A DNA stretch of 64,000 bases from Candidatus Nanohalarchaeota archaeon QJJ-7 (GTDB taxonomy: Archaea > Nanohalarchaeota > Nanosalinia > Nanosalinales > Nanohalalkaliarchaeaceae). The notes beneath the pieces are model-generated. The model was not told the origin of the DNA, searched no databases, and saw nothing but the letters and a program-made list of their open reading frames with translations. The number at the start of each line of letters is the position of its first letter. Positions within the stretch are counted from its first letter, which is position 1. The translations under genes and the position numbers were made by a program. The DNA lies in NCBI GenBank assembly GCA_022865215.1, contig JALIDP010000001.1, positions 334-64,333 of the forward strand. Direction: 5' to 3'. Positions 53,291-61,706 of this stretch are shown piece after piece.

Positions 53291-53671
53291 ATGAGCGACA
53301 TTTTCTGCCCTGACTGCGGCGGTATGTTGGATAAGGAGAAGGAAGACGGAGAAGTTGTCTATCAGGACTGTTCATCATGCGAGTATGAAGAAGATCTGGA
53401 CGGGGGAAAAAGTGATGTATCAGATGTGGTGTCTACATTAGAGCAGAAGGATTCCCCAGACCATTTTGAGGGTCTGGAAAAATCTGTTGAGGAGATTGCA
53501 GAGGAAGAACCGAACGTAATGAACGGATATGATTGTCCGGACTGTGATATGGAAGATGGATATGCTCGTCGAAAGGAAATTCCCGCCCTCTGGGCAGATG
53601 AAGATGCCATCGAGATCTATGAATGCCTGAACTGCAGATCCCGACAGCGTGAAGGAGGAGTCCATCTTTAA
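53291..53671 (+). CDS. tfs: transcription factor S / RpoM-like double zinc-ribbon protein
   Basis: N-terminal ribbon FCPDCGGML...CSSCEYE. C-terminal ribbon CPDCD...WADEDAIEIYECLNC. An unusually long acidic linker separates them. Confidence 0.5.
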   Translation: MSDIFCPDCGGMLDKEKEDGEVVYQDCSSCEYEEDLDGGKSDVSDVVSTLEQKDSPDHFEGLEKSVEEIAEEEPNVMNGYDCPDCDMEDGYARRKEIPALWADEDAIEIYECLNCRSRQREGGVHL

Positions 53672-53792
53672 ATTGGAACACTTACCCCGATAAACCCTAT
53701 CGATATATAGCCAAATAAGACGGCCACATTACCTGATAATCTCTTCATATCGGTCATAGATATAATAATTTTCGGTCTTTTACCCTCTCTAC

Positions 53793-54368
53793 ATGGGGGA
53801 GTTTTATCTGCTTGAAGGCGGCATGGCAACGGGTAAAACAAGTGTCTTAAACGAACTTTCGAAGATTGCTATTGAAGAAGATATTGACGCGTCTTTCAAC
53901 AAGAGTCCGATGGAGAAGTACAGCGGCCCCAGAAGCCATATAGATTCGCAGGAAAGCACGGATTCAAAAGCACTCTGGTATCTTTGGCATTCTCATCCTA
54001 TTTCTGAATGGGTGGAAGAGGAAGTAGGACAGGGAAAAGACGTTGTCCTAGACCGCTACTGGCCTACAACAGTAGCATACTATGATTCTCAAGTCGATAT
54101 CGATCTGGAAACCATCGTGGATGAAATGAACCTGGTTGATCCAGATAAAGTGTACTATTTAACCGCCTCCAAGCAAACTCGACGTGAACGTCTCCAGATG
54201 CGTGGTAGAGGGGATAACCGTGATGATGAGAGAGGATGGGAGAAAAACGCTATAGAGGCCTATGAACGTATTATGGGCAGGTTTAATACTGAAGAGATCA
54301 GTACTGACGATAAAACGGTGGAGGAAACAGGCAAAGAAATCGCTTATGACGCAGGTTGGTTTTCATAG
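53793..54368 (+). CDS. P-loop nucleotide kinase (thymidylate kinase / dNK-like)
   Basis: YLLEGGMATGKTSVLN (P-loop) and DRYWPTTVAYY (Tmk-like DRY..S..AY motif). Lid-like RRERLQMRGRGDNRDDER. Confidence 0.6.
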   Translation: MGEFYLLEGGMATGKTSVLNELSKIAIEEDIDASFNKSPMEKYSGPRSHIDSQESTDSKALWYLWHSHPISEWVEEEVGQGKDVVLDRYWPTTVAYYDSQVDIDLETIVDEMNLVDPDKVYYLTASKQTRRERLQMRGRGDNRDDERGWEKNAIEAYERIMGRFNTEEISTDDKTVEETGKEIAYDAGWFS

Positions 54369-54412
54369 GACTTGAAACGGTTCATCCTCAAATGCACAGG
54401 TCGGCCGATTCA

Positions 54413-54841
54413 TCAGAGCTGTGAATGGAGTTTCTCCGAACTGTACGTCTTAAGTGCCTGTCGAGTGGTGGGATGCAGTGGTTCCGGCAGGTTATCCATA
54501 TCGAACCACTCCAGAGATTCCCGTTTATTTGGTTCCAGACCTTGCTTTACTTCCCCCTCAATATCTCCACTGAAGACAGTTACAGTCCACCAGGCATCCC
54601 CGCCATGCCGGTCTTTATGATCAAGTAATCCGACGATATCATCGGGTATGAACTTGGCTCCGACCTCCTCTCTAACCTCTCTCTTCGCCGCATCTACAAC
54701 GGTCTCAGCAGATTTTTTCCCTCCTGCAATGAAGCTCCAGTATTTTTTATCCTCGTATTCAGAACACCTTTTCTCCATGAGGACCTTACCCTCCTGGAAT
54801 ATCATCATAACCACGCCGACTCGCACCTGATCTTCGGACAT
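54413..54841 (-). CDS. Nudix hydrolase
   Basis: Nudix box GGKKSAETVVDAAKREVREEVG. ATG at 54841; the track GTG is at 54859. Confidence 0.8.
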   Translation of the reverse strand: MSEDQVRVGVVMMIFQEGKVLMEKRCSEYEDKKYWSFIAGGKKSAETVVDAAKREVREEVGAKFIPDDIVGLLDHKDRHGGDAWWTVTVFSGDIEGEVKQGLEPNKRESLEWFDMDNLPEPLHPTTRQALKTYSSEKLHSQL

Positions 54842-54998
54842 GAAAATGGATTCAGTCACAGTTATTTAAAATTTCGTTACTTGGGGGTGGATATGAACGG
54901 GTCAAAAAAGAGACTTATGAAAAACAGAAAACATGACCCTGGGACTTCTTTGAAATATTTCATTCAGGGTACACCCCCCATCTTTGGAATATAGTAAC

Positions 54999-56273
54999 AT
55001 GTCCACCTATCCAGACTGGGATCTGACAGAGTCTAACCGACTTAATGCCAAACTCGCATTACTGACAAACGGCACTGACATAAACATCGAGGCGATGCAA
55101 GAACTGGAGGAAAAGCATTTAGAGGACCTCCAGGAAGCCCACAAGATAAACAGGATAAAGGTGTCGGATAGACATTTTATCGACCCTGAGTCAGTAGCAA
55201 GAGACTACATACCTGACGAACTGATCATCGAGGACAGTACCGGAAAATCTATCTCAAAGCTATATTACAAGGAAGAATCCCCTCTGGAGATAACGACACA
55301 AAACGATGAGATAGTTTTGAGGGACAAAGAAATCGATCGCACATTAAACGCCGATATCAGTCCCGCACCGGTCCAGCCATATTCTCTGGCGACCACGGAA
55401 GATGGACATGAAATAGAAGAATTCGTACCGGTGGTTGGGATAGACAGGATCTCCGTGCTCCCTTACGATGGCTGTGAAGAGTTCCGGGATGGTAAAGGGT
55501 GTAAATTCTGTGGCGCTAATCCTCAGAGACTCGGCCTTGATGAAGGGCCGCTTCCTAATGTACTTGAGATCAAGAATGACTACGACGGCGATGCGGAGGA
55601 ATGGTGGGGAGATTATCGAGAAGATGTGATATCCGGAGTTAGAGAAGGCCTCAAAGAGATGAAAAAAGATGATATAGGCCCTCATAAGCATTTTATCGTT
55701 ACCTCAGGAAATCTCTGGGACAAGGAAACCGAATGGGATCTGACGCTTGACGTTCTCCAGAGTACAACGGATATAATTTCATACGATGATATAGACAGCT
55801 ATTTCAATCTCGTACCTCCCGAGGACCGTTCGCAGATACAGGTTGCAAATGATCTCGGATTCCAGAACATACAGTTCAACCTTGAGGTTTTCGACAGAGA
55901 AACGTTTGAGGATGTATGCCCTGGAAAAAATGAGAGATATGGTTATGAAAACATGCGGGAGGCACTTCGTTATGCTGTGGACGTATTCGGAGAGGGAAAC
56001 GTCCGAAGCAATTTCGTACTAGGTGCGGAGCCTATCGAGGACTTCATCCGGGGCGCGGAAGAACTAGGAGAAGAAGGCGTGGTCGCAGACTACAGCGTAT
56101 TCTTCCCTCGACCTGCCTCGAAATGGTCGGAAAGAGATCCTCTAGAGCCACAAGAAGTGCTAGAAGCCGCCTACGCAATAGACGATATATACCAAGAACA
56201 CGGGTTTGAACCGATTTATTGCGCGCAGTCCTCGAGATCAAGTATAGCCAACGAGGTGAGAGAACTCCGATAA
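54999..56273 (+). CDS. radical-SAM-like TIM-barrel protein with CX8CX2C cluster spacing (tentative)
   Basis: Cys triad DGCEEFRDGKGCKFCG (nt 55473-55511), followed by a barrel-like pattern (HFIVTSGN ... NIQFNLEVFDRETFEDVCPGK ... NVRSNFVLGAEP ... VFFPRP). No canonical CX3CX2C. ATG at 54999. Confidence 0.4.
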   Translation: MSTYPDWDLTESNRLNAKLALLTNGTDINIEAMQELEEKHLEDLQEAHKINRIKVSDRHFIDPESVARDYIPDELIIEDSTGKSISKLYYKEESPLEITTQNDEIVLRDKEIDRTLNADISPAPVQPYSLATTEDGHEIEEFVPVVGIDRISVLPYDGCEEFRDGKGCKFCGANPQRLGLDEGPLPNVLEIKNDYDGDAEEWWGDYREDVISGVREGLKEMKKDDIGPHKHFIVTSGNLWDKETEWDLTLDVLQSTTDIISYDDIDSYFNLVPPEDRSQIQVANDLGFQNIQFNLEVFDRETFEDVCPGKNERYGYENMREALRYAVDVFGEGNVRSNFVLGAEPIEDFIRGAEELGEEGVVADYSVFFPRPASKWSERDPLEPQEVLEAAYAIDDIYQEHGFEPIYCAQSSRSSIANEVRELR

Positions 56274-57301
56274 TGAGTCATGACTCAGCGAAAGACGAGA
56301 TAAGGAAAGAATCTCTCGGAAGCCTGGAACCGTTCGCAGATGTTGAATTCGGAACTGTCTGCAGGAACAACGATCACAATATGGAGGATGTTGTCAAGCT
56401 TTCTACAGACCATAGGGAGATTAGAGAGAGGGCAAAAAAAGGTTGGCGAGTATATCCCGGTAGAAGTAAATATATCCTGAGGGCTCCAGAGACAACCCTG
56501 GTAGACCTTTCTGATCCGACCTCAAATCCTTCCAGAAACCCTGCAGAGGTCCTCGGATTTTTCGAATTTCTTGAAGATAATGGTGTTGACGACATCCTCG
56601 ATGAAGCAATAGAGGATCTAAAGGTAAGAGAACTCAAGGGGAAAACGATAGAGACGGAGAAAAGAATCGTGGGGGAGTCCAATAGTATCGAGGAAGTCCC
56701 GTACCAGATTTTTGAATACTACAAAGAAGCATCGGACGGACATGAAAGCAGTCGGGAACCGGTCTTGAGGACTGAGAGCATAGAAAATGCAGACCCTATG
56801 ACCTTCGATGTCTACGATGAAATAAGGGACTTCTATGATGTCGTTGCTGATACGAGTATCCCTCCTTGTATGACGGTGGGATCGTGGACTGGAAGCCCTG
56901 AGGCAGATGTGAATGTGTTTGTTGCCAAGGCTGCAATCCCCTATTTCCTAGGTTTTGTGGAGGAAACAGGTGAAAAACCTGTTCTCTGGGAGTACCATAA
57001 AGGATCACGGGATACGAAGGAGGTAAAAATGTTCGAAGAACCTCTGCGAAACCGTAAAGTGAATATCTATGATAAGAGCTATTCCGGAGAGACCTTAAAC
57101 GGTCTTGCCGCCGAGATAGAAGATGAAGGGGGCGACTCAAGTATCGTTGCAACCTTCCCAAAATCATCTCAAGCGGTTGATAATGCAGATTACATACTTT
57201 TCGGAGATACATTCTATGATACCGATTCGATTGAAAACGATGACAACTGGCACAAAGAGCTGTACTGTGAGACATTTAATCTGGAACCTAGAGAGATATG
57301 A
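56273..57301 (+). CDS. hypothetical protein with a C-terminal phosphoribosyltransferase-like motif
   Basis: The ATG overlaps the previous stop (TAATG). C-terminus KVNIYDKSYSGETLNGLAAEIEDEGG..IVATFP resembles the PRTase PRPP loop (hydrophobic-D-D/K-x-x-S/T-G-x-T). The N-terminal 200 aa have no recognised motif. Confidence 0.4.
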   Translation: MSHDSAKDEIRKESLGSLEPFADVEFGTVCRNNDHNMEDVVKLSTDHREIRERAKKGWRVYPGRSKYILRAPETTLVDLSDPTSNPSRNPAEVLGFFEFLEDNGVDDILDEAIEDLKVRELKGKTIETEKRIVGESNSIEEVPYQIFEYYKEASDGHESSREPVLRTESIENADPMTFDVYDEIRDFYDVVADTSIPPCMTVGSWTGSPEADVNVFVAKAAIPYFLGFVEETGEKPVLWEYHKGSRDTKEVKMFEEPLRNRKVNIYDKSYSGETLNGLAAEIEDEGGDSSIVATFPKSSQAVDNADYILFGDTFYDTDSIENDDNWHKELYCETFNLEPREI

Positions 57302-57912
57302 AACGATTCCTTATACTAAACGGTGTACACACTGCAGGTAAAACTTCTGTAGGGCGGTACCTTGAAGAATGTGGTTTCACCTACCAGTCCGAAATGGCAA
57401 CTCAACTGATTGAATCTGAAGGATACGATGCTGGTAAAGACGCGGATCATGAATTCCAGAAAGAGATATATAAAAGGGAGAGAGAACGTGATAGAGACCT
57501 TCTGGAATCCGAAATGAACAGTATCATTGAGACCTGGCATATAGGAAATATAGCTCACTCAAGAGAAGTTTCAGAAGACGGACTTGTGGAAGAGCATCAG
57601 GATTATCTCGGACGGTTACAAGAAAGAGAGGACCTCCAAATCGCGGCAATATATATCAACATATCGGTAACAGAAATTATGAACCGAACAGATTTCTTCT
57701 CCCAAGATGAAAAAGAAGAGGTTGAGGACTTCTTCGATTCGATACATCAGAACATCATGGAATTATATGAAACCTACGATATCCCGCATGTCAAGGTAGA
57801 CAATCCACCTGGAAGACTCCCAGAAACGAAGGAAACTGCCGAAGATATTGCAGAGAGCTTCTTCGATGAGAGTATAAATTTCGATAACTCTGATTTTCTC
57901 AACGACAGCTAG
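57298..57912 (+). CDS. P-loop NTPase/kinase (AAA_28 / nucleoside kinase-like)
   Basis: LILNGVHTAGKTSVGRYLEE P-loop at the N-terminus. About 200 aa. The ATG overlaps the previous stop (ATGA). Confidence 0.55.
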   Translation: MKRFLILNGVHTAGKTSVGRYLEECGFTYQSEMATQLIESEGYDAGKDADHEFQKEIYKRERERDRDLLESEMNSIIETWHIGNIAHSREVSEDGLVEEHQDYLGRLQEREDLQIAAIYINISVTEIMNRTDFFSQDEKEEVEDFFDSIHQNIMELYETYDIPHVKVDNPPGRLPETKETAEDIAESFFDESINFDNSDFLNDS

Positions 57913-58057
57913 ACCAGTGAAAAACCCCAAATTACCTCTCATTAAAGCCTCAAAAGACTTCCCAGGGTTTCGAATCACACACCTCACTGTATATACTGAT
58001 AGCCACTGAAATTCGGCCAGGAACCAGTTTTTAAGATTCGACCCACTATCTCCTTCC

Positions 58058-58459
58058 ATGGATTACGAAGAGATGCTCGATAAGGGTAGGGAAGAGGTCC
58101 CTGAAGACGTATCAGGGGGAGAAAGGTTTGAAATACCTGAAGCGGAGACGCAGAAAGACGGTAGTAAGACGATATTAAGGAACTTTGGGGCTCTCGCGGA
58201 CAGATTTAACCGGGACAGGGAGCACCTCTCCAAGTACCTCCTAGGAGAACTCGGGACCTCAGGACATGTAGAGGGGAACGAACTGGTCCTTAATGGTTCT
58301 TTCCGGAGAGGAAAGATAAACGGGAAGCTGGAGGATTATACTGAGAGGTACGTCATCTGTTCTGAGTGTGGCCGGCCGGACACCAAACTGGAGAAGGAGA
58401 AAGGTGTCGAGCTCCTGAAATGCGAGGCTTGTGGAGCTAGGACCCCGCTCGAAGACTGA
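58058..58459 (+). CDS. eif2b: translation initiation factor aIF2 beta subunit
   Basis: FEIPEAETQKDGSKTILRNF...HLSKYLLGELGTSG... and the C-terminal zinc ribbon CSECGRPDT...CEACGA. Confidence 0.9.
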   Translation: MDYEEMLDKGREEVPEDVSGGERFEIPEAETQKDGSKTILRNFGALADRFNRDREHLSKYLLGELGTSGHVEGNELVLNGSFRRGKINGKLEDYTERYVICSECGRPDTKLEKEKGVELLKCEACGARTPLED

Positions 58460-58752
58460 TGTATTCTTGCAGAACTGTGCAGACGGCCAAAGGGAAGATA
58501 GTTGCGGCCTGTGACCTCGAGATCCTCGGCGACAGTTATAGCGAGGACGGCGTAAAGTTAGATATCAAGGAAGATTTCTATGGGGGAGAGGAGGTCGATC
58601 TGGAAGGAGTCACGGACGCTCTGGAAAGGTTCTTTACTGCCAATCTTGCAGGTAACCAGCTGGTGGAGGCGCTGGTGGAAGCTGGAGTTGTGCAGGAAGA
58701 GGAGATCGAAACGGTGGACGGGGTCAAGCACGTGCAGCTCTTCAGGGTGTGA
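58459..58752 (+). CDS. DUF424 family protein
   Basis: IVAACDLEILGDSYSEDGVKLDIKEDFYGGE...ANLAGNQLVEALVEAG pattern. Conserved position after aIF2-beta. ATG overlaps the stop (TGATG). Confidence 0.6.
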   Translation: MYSCRTVQTAKGKIVAACDLEILGDSYSEDGVKLDIKEDFYGGEEVDLEGVTDALERFFTANLAGNQLVEALVEAGVVQEEEIETVDGVKHVQLFRV

Positions 58753-58754
58753 CA

Positions 58755-59492
58755 ATGGAAGCGCCATGTCCTAACTGTGGTAAGGATACTGAAGGTTACG
58801 GTCCAAGGAACCTCTGTAGAGACTGTTTTCTCCAGGAGGAGCAACTGCTGGAAGTTCCGGAAGAGATAGAAGTGGAGAGATGCCAGCACTGTGGAAGGAT
58901 AAGACAGGGCATGGACTGGGTGGAGGTCGGAGGCGAAGCTCGCAGCTCCGCTGGAGCTTCTGAGAGCACCAACGCGGAGCGATCGGTGCGAGGCGACAGG
59001 GAGATCATCTCGGAGGTGCTGGAGGACGAGATAGATACTGACAAGATCTCGGCGGTTTCCTTCGAGGAAAAGAGTAACGGTTACAGTCTGAGGTTGATGG
59101 TGGAGGATGAGGTGGAAAAAGAGGATCTTCAACAGGAAGTCGAGACCTTCCTCGAGGTAGAGAAGGTCCAGTGCCCGACGTGCGCGAGGTTCGAGGGAGG
59201 CTACTATGAATACGTGATACAGTTGAGAGGAGAACAGGTTGACGAGGCCCTGGACAGGATGATGGAACGTGCAGTGGAGGTGACAGGAGATGAGAGGGAG
59301 AACTTCGTCTCGGACGTGGAGAGGAGGGACGGGGGATACGACCTCTACGCCTCCAACCGCGAGACAGCGGAAGAGCTTTTAAAGGTACTCCGTGAGGGGT
59401 ACGACATGGAGGAAAAACGTTCGAAGGAGCTGGTCGGTAGAGAGGACGGCCAGGAGGTCTACCGCTCGGTTGTTTCTGCGAGGTTGGTATGA
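58755..59492 (+). CDS. NMD3 family protein (archaeal)
   Basis: Paired CxxC motifs CPNCG...CRDC, CQHCG and CPTCARFEGGYYEYVIQLRG, typical of the NMD3 N-terminal domain. ATG at 58755; the track GTG is at 58749. Confidence 0.75.
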   Translation: MEAPCPNCGKDTEGYGPRNLCRDCFLQEEQLLEVPEEIEVERCQHCGRIRQGMDWVEVGGEARSSAGASESTNAERSVRGDREIISEVLEDEIDTDKISAVSFEEKSNGYSLRLMVEDEVEKEDLQQEVETFLEVEKVQCPTCARFEGGYYEYVIQLRGEQVDEALDRMMERAVEVTGDERENFVSDVERRDGGYDLYASNRETAEELLKVLREGYDMEEKRSKELVGREDGQEVYRSVVSARLV

Positions 59493-59800
59493 TGCCAGAA
59501 GAGGAAGAAGATATCGGACGTGTCAGGACTCCTGAAGACGAGGAGGTTCTCGGAGTGGTTCTACAGAAGATGGGTCACGGCCGTTTCAAGGTCTACTGCA
59601 GCGATGGGAACGAGAGAACCTGTAGAATACCTGGAAGCAAGAGGAGGGGGATGTGGATCCAGAGGGATGATGTGGTACTGGTGGATAAATGGGATGTGCA
59701 GGGCGACGAGAAGGGAGATATAGTGGAGAAGTATTCAGCGGCACAGAGAGACTGGCTGGAGAGTAACGGTTTCCTGGACGAGTTGAACGAGTTCCTCTGA
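59489..59800 (+). CDS. eif1a: translation initiation factor aIF1A
   Basis: VLGVVLQKMGHGRFKVYCSDGNERTCRIPGSKRRGMWIQRDDVVLV S1/OB pattern. Confidence 0.9.
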   Translation: MMPEEEEDIGRVRTPEDEEVLGVVLQKMGHGRFKVYCSDGNERTCRIPGSKRRGMWIQRDDVVLVDKWDVQGDEKGDIVEKYSAAQRDWLESNGFLDELNEFL

Positions 59801-59838
59801 TGTTATCCGTTTAAAGACTCTTTCTTCTTTTCCAACCC

Positions 59839-60369
59839 ATGGAAAAGCGTAAAGTAGATGCCGAGATATGGATCCATCCTCACCCAGTTTACCTCGGAGA
59901 TGAAGGCTGGGAGGAAAAGATAGAAGGTTATCAGGACCTTTATGGCGGCGAGAAGATTGGTGTAGCAGTCTCAGATGAGGCTCTCCCCCGCCGGCAATCT
60001 ATGAGTGAAGACTATCTTCCTCTCTACGGGGAATATGACGATGTAGTCAGGGACCCCACCGGATACGCCGCTATGGAGCAGTCCAAAATCAGGGAGTGGG
60101 GGCAGAATTATAGCAATGTTCTCTTAGCCGGTATAGACCTGAACGAGTGCATCGGAAGTATAATAAACTCCTTCCTCTGGCTCGAAAATCCGCCTGAGAT
60201 AACGGTGGACCCTCAATCCACTTGGATATACGATGCCGGAGATCCTCTTGATAGAGGGCTGAAATCCCCTCCGAGTCCGGCGCCATCGGCGGCGGAAAGG
60301 TCAGAGGAGCTCGATCAGTTCGTTCAGCTCTACACCGATGGGGACCCGGTCACTCTACTGGAACCATAG
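59839..60369 (+). CDS. hypothetical protein
   Basis: 176-codon ORF with normal local composition. No motif recognised. Confidence 0.45.
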   Translation: MEKRKVDAEIWIHPHPVYLGDEGWEEKIEGYQDLYGGEKIGVAVSDEALPRRQSMSEDYLPLYGEYDDVVRDPTGYAAMEQSKIREWGQNYSNVLLAGIDLNECIGSIINSFLWLENPPEITVDPQSTWIYDAGDPLDRGLKSPPSPAPSAAERSEELDQFVQLYTDGDPVTLLEP

Positions 60370-60404
60370 AACTACTTTTCAATCTACAGCACTCACACTC
60401 TACC

Positions 60405-61121
60405 ATGGAACTGTTCGACTCGTCCGAGGCACGGAAGAACGTGGAGAACGTGTTGAACCGGGAGACCATGGAGGCGCTGTACGACCTTTCAGGCGACGGA
60501 CACTTCGACCTCCTCCACGGCTTCGTGAAGGACGGGAAGGAGTCGAAGATCGCGGTCGCGGAGAAGGACAGGGAGCTTCTGGCGGTGAAGCTTTACGTGA
60601 TAGAAGCGTCCAACTACCAGGATATGCAGCAGTACCTTGTCGGTGATCCGCGGTTCGAGGGGATAAAGACGGACAGGCGGAGCATCGTCCACAGTTGGGC
60701 GAGGAAGGAGTTCCGCAACCTGGACAAGACACGTGAACTCGGGATCCCTGCACCGGAACCTATCGCGGTAGAGAAGAACGTCCTCCTGATGGAATTCATC
60801 GGCCAGGAGTTCTCGCCCGCACCGAAGCTTCAGGAGGTGGATCTGGAGAATCCGGAAGTTGCGGCCGAGAGACTGTTCGACCACATGGAAACCTTATGGA
60901 AGGAAGGCGAACTGGTTCACGGAGACCTCAGTCCTTTCAACGTCCTTCTCTGGAAAGAAAGACTGAGACCGATAGACTTTTCCCAGGCTGTCTTGAAGGC
61001 GCATCCGAGAGCTGAGGAGTTCGTTGAGAGGGACGTGGAGAATCTATCGAACCATTTCGAGCGGAGATACGGGCTAGGGCTTGACAGGGAAAAAATCGTG
61101 GAAAATATTCTGGAGTCATAG
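60405..61121 (+). CDS. rio1: RIO-type serine protein kinase
   Basis: LAVKLY (VAIK-like), catalytic LVHGDLSPFNVLL and metal-binding IDFSQAV. Confidence 0.85.
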   Translation: MELFDSSEARKNVENVLNRETMEALYDLSGDGHFDLLHGFVKDGKESKIAVAEKDRELLAVKLYVIEASNYQDMQQYLVGDPRFEGIKTDRRSIVHSWARKEFRNLDKTRELGIPAPEPIAVEKNVLLMEFIGQEFSPAPKLQEVDLENPEVAAERLFDHMETLWKEGELVHGDLSPFNVLLWKERLRPIDFSQAVLKAHPRAEEFVERDVENLSNHFERRYGLGLDREKIVENILES

Positions 61122-61196
61122 AGGCTCTGAGCGGTTAAAACAAGAAGTAGAGCCGGAAACAAGGTATAAAAAGGTTCGGACGAACCCGTTTGTACA

Positions 61197-61700
61197 GTGA
61201 GGCACCTCAGGATACCGGAAGAGAGGGTCTCCGTTCTTATAGGTGAGGACGGCCAGACTCTAGAGGAGGTACAGGACCTCACCGGTACGGATATAGATCT
61301 CGACGATGGGAAGGTCGAGATCGAAGGTGAACCTCTCGAGGAGATACGGGCCTTCAACATCGTGAAGGCGATCGGCCGCGGCTTTTCACCCGACCGCGCT
61401 CTCCGGCTGCTGGAAGATAATACAGACCTTTGCGTGATAGACATGTCAGATTTCGCACCCACAGATAACGCGAAGGAGAGGCTGAAGGGGCGGGTGATAG
61501 GCAGGGACGGTGAGACGCGGGCGAAGATAGAGAACGATACAGATACTGAGATAGCTGTGTACGGTAAGACGGTCTCGATACTCGGGAACGTCCAGAACGT
61601 TCAGATAGCGCGGGAATCGATTCGGATGCTTCTGGACGGTCGGTCTCACAGCACCGCATACCAGTACATCGAGAAGAACCGCGGAAAGATAGTCGAGTGA
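61197..61700 (+). CDS. KH-domain RNA-binding protein (Dim2/Pno1-like)
   Basis: Two KH-like repeats (VLIGEDGQTLEEVQDLTGTDI; VIGRDGETRAKIENDTDTEI). Conserved position after the rio gene. GTG start. Confidence 0.75.
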   Translation: MRHLRIPEERVSVLIGEDGQTLEEVQDLTGTDIDLDDGKVEIEGEPLEEIRAFNIVKAIGRGFSPDRALRLLEDNTDLCVIDMSDFAPTDNAKERLKGRVIGRDGETRAKIENDTDTEIAVYGKTVSILGNVQNVQIARESIRMLLDGRSHSTAYQYIEKNRGKIVE

Positions 61701-61706
61701 TAGCAA

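Larger units (their letters stand above)
53680..58050. other. lower-GC genomic island (5 genes) between tfs and aIF2-beta
   Basis: Base composition is visibly more AT-rich than both flanks. The gene content is unrelated to the flanking information-processing genes. An imperfect direct repeat sits at both borders. Confidence 0.5.

Noticed and set aside
57961-57975. tRNA T-arm-like fragment AGGGTTTCGAATCAC near the right border of the low-GC island. GGTTTCGA also occurs twice in the tRNA-Val spacer.
   Set aside because: An 8-mer is expected about twice by chance in 64 kb on two strands. No acceptor-stem continuation is present. I kept it only as a weak hint, not as evidence for a tRNA att site.
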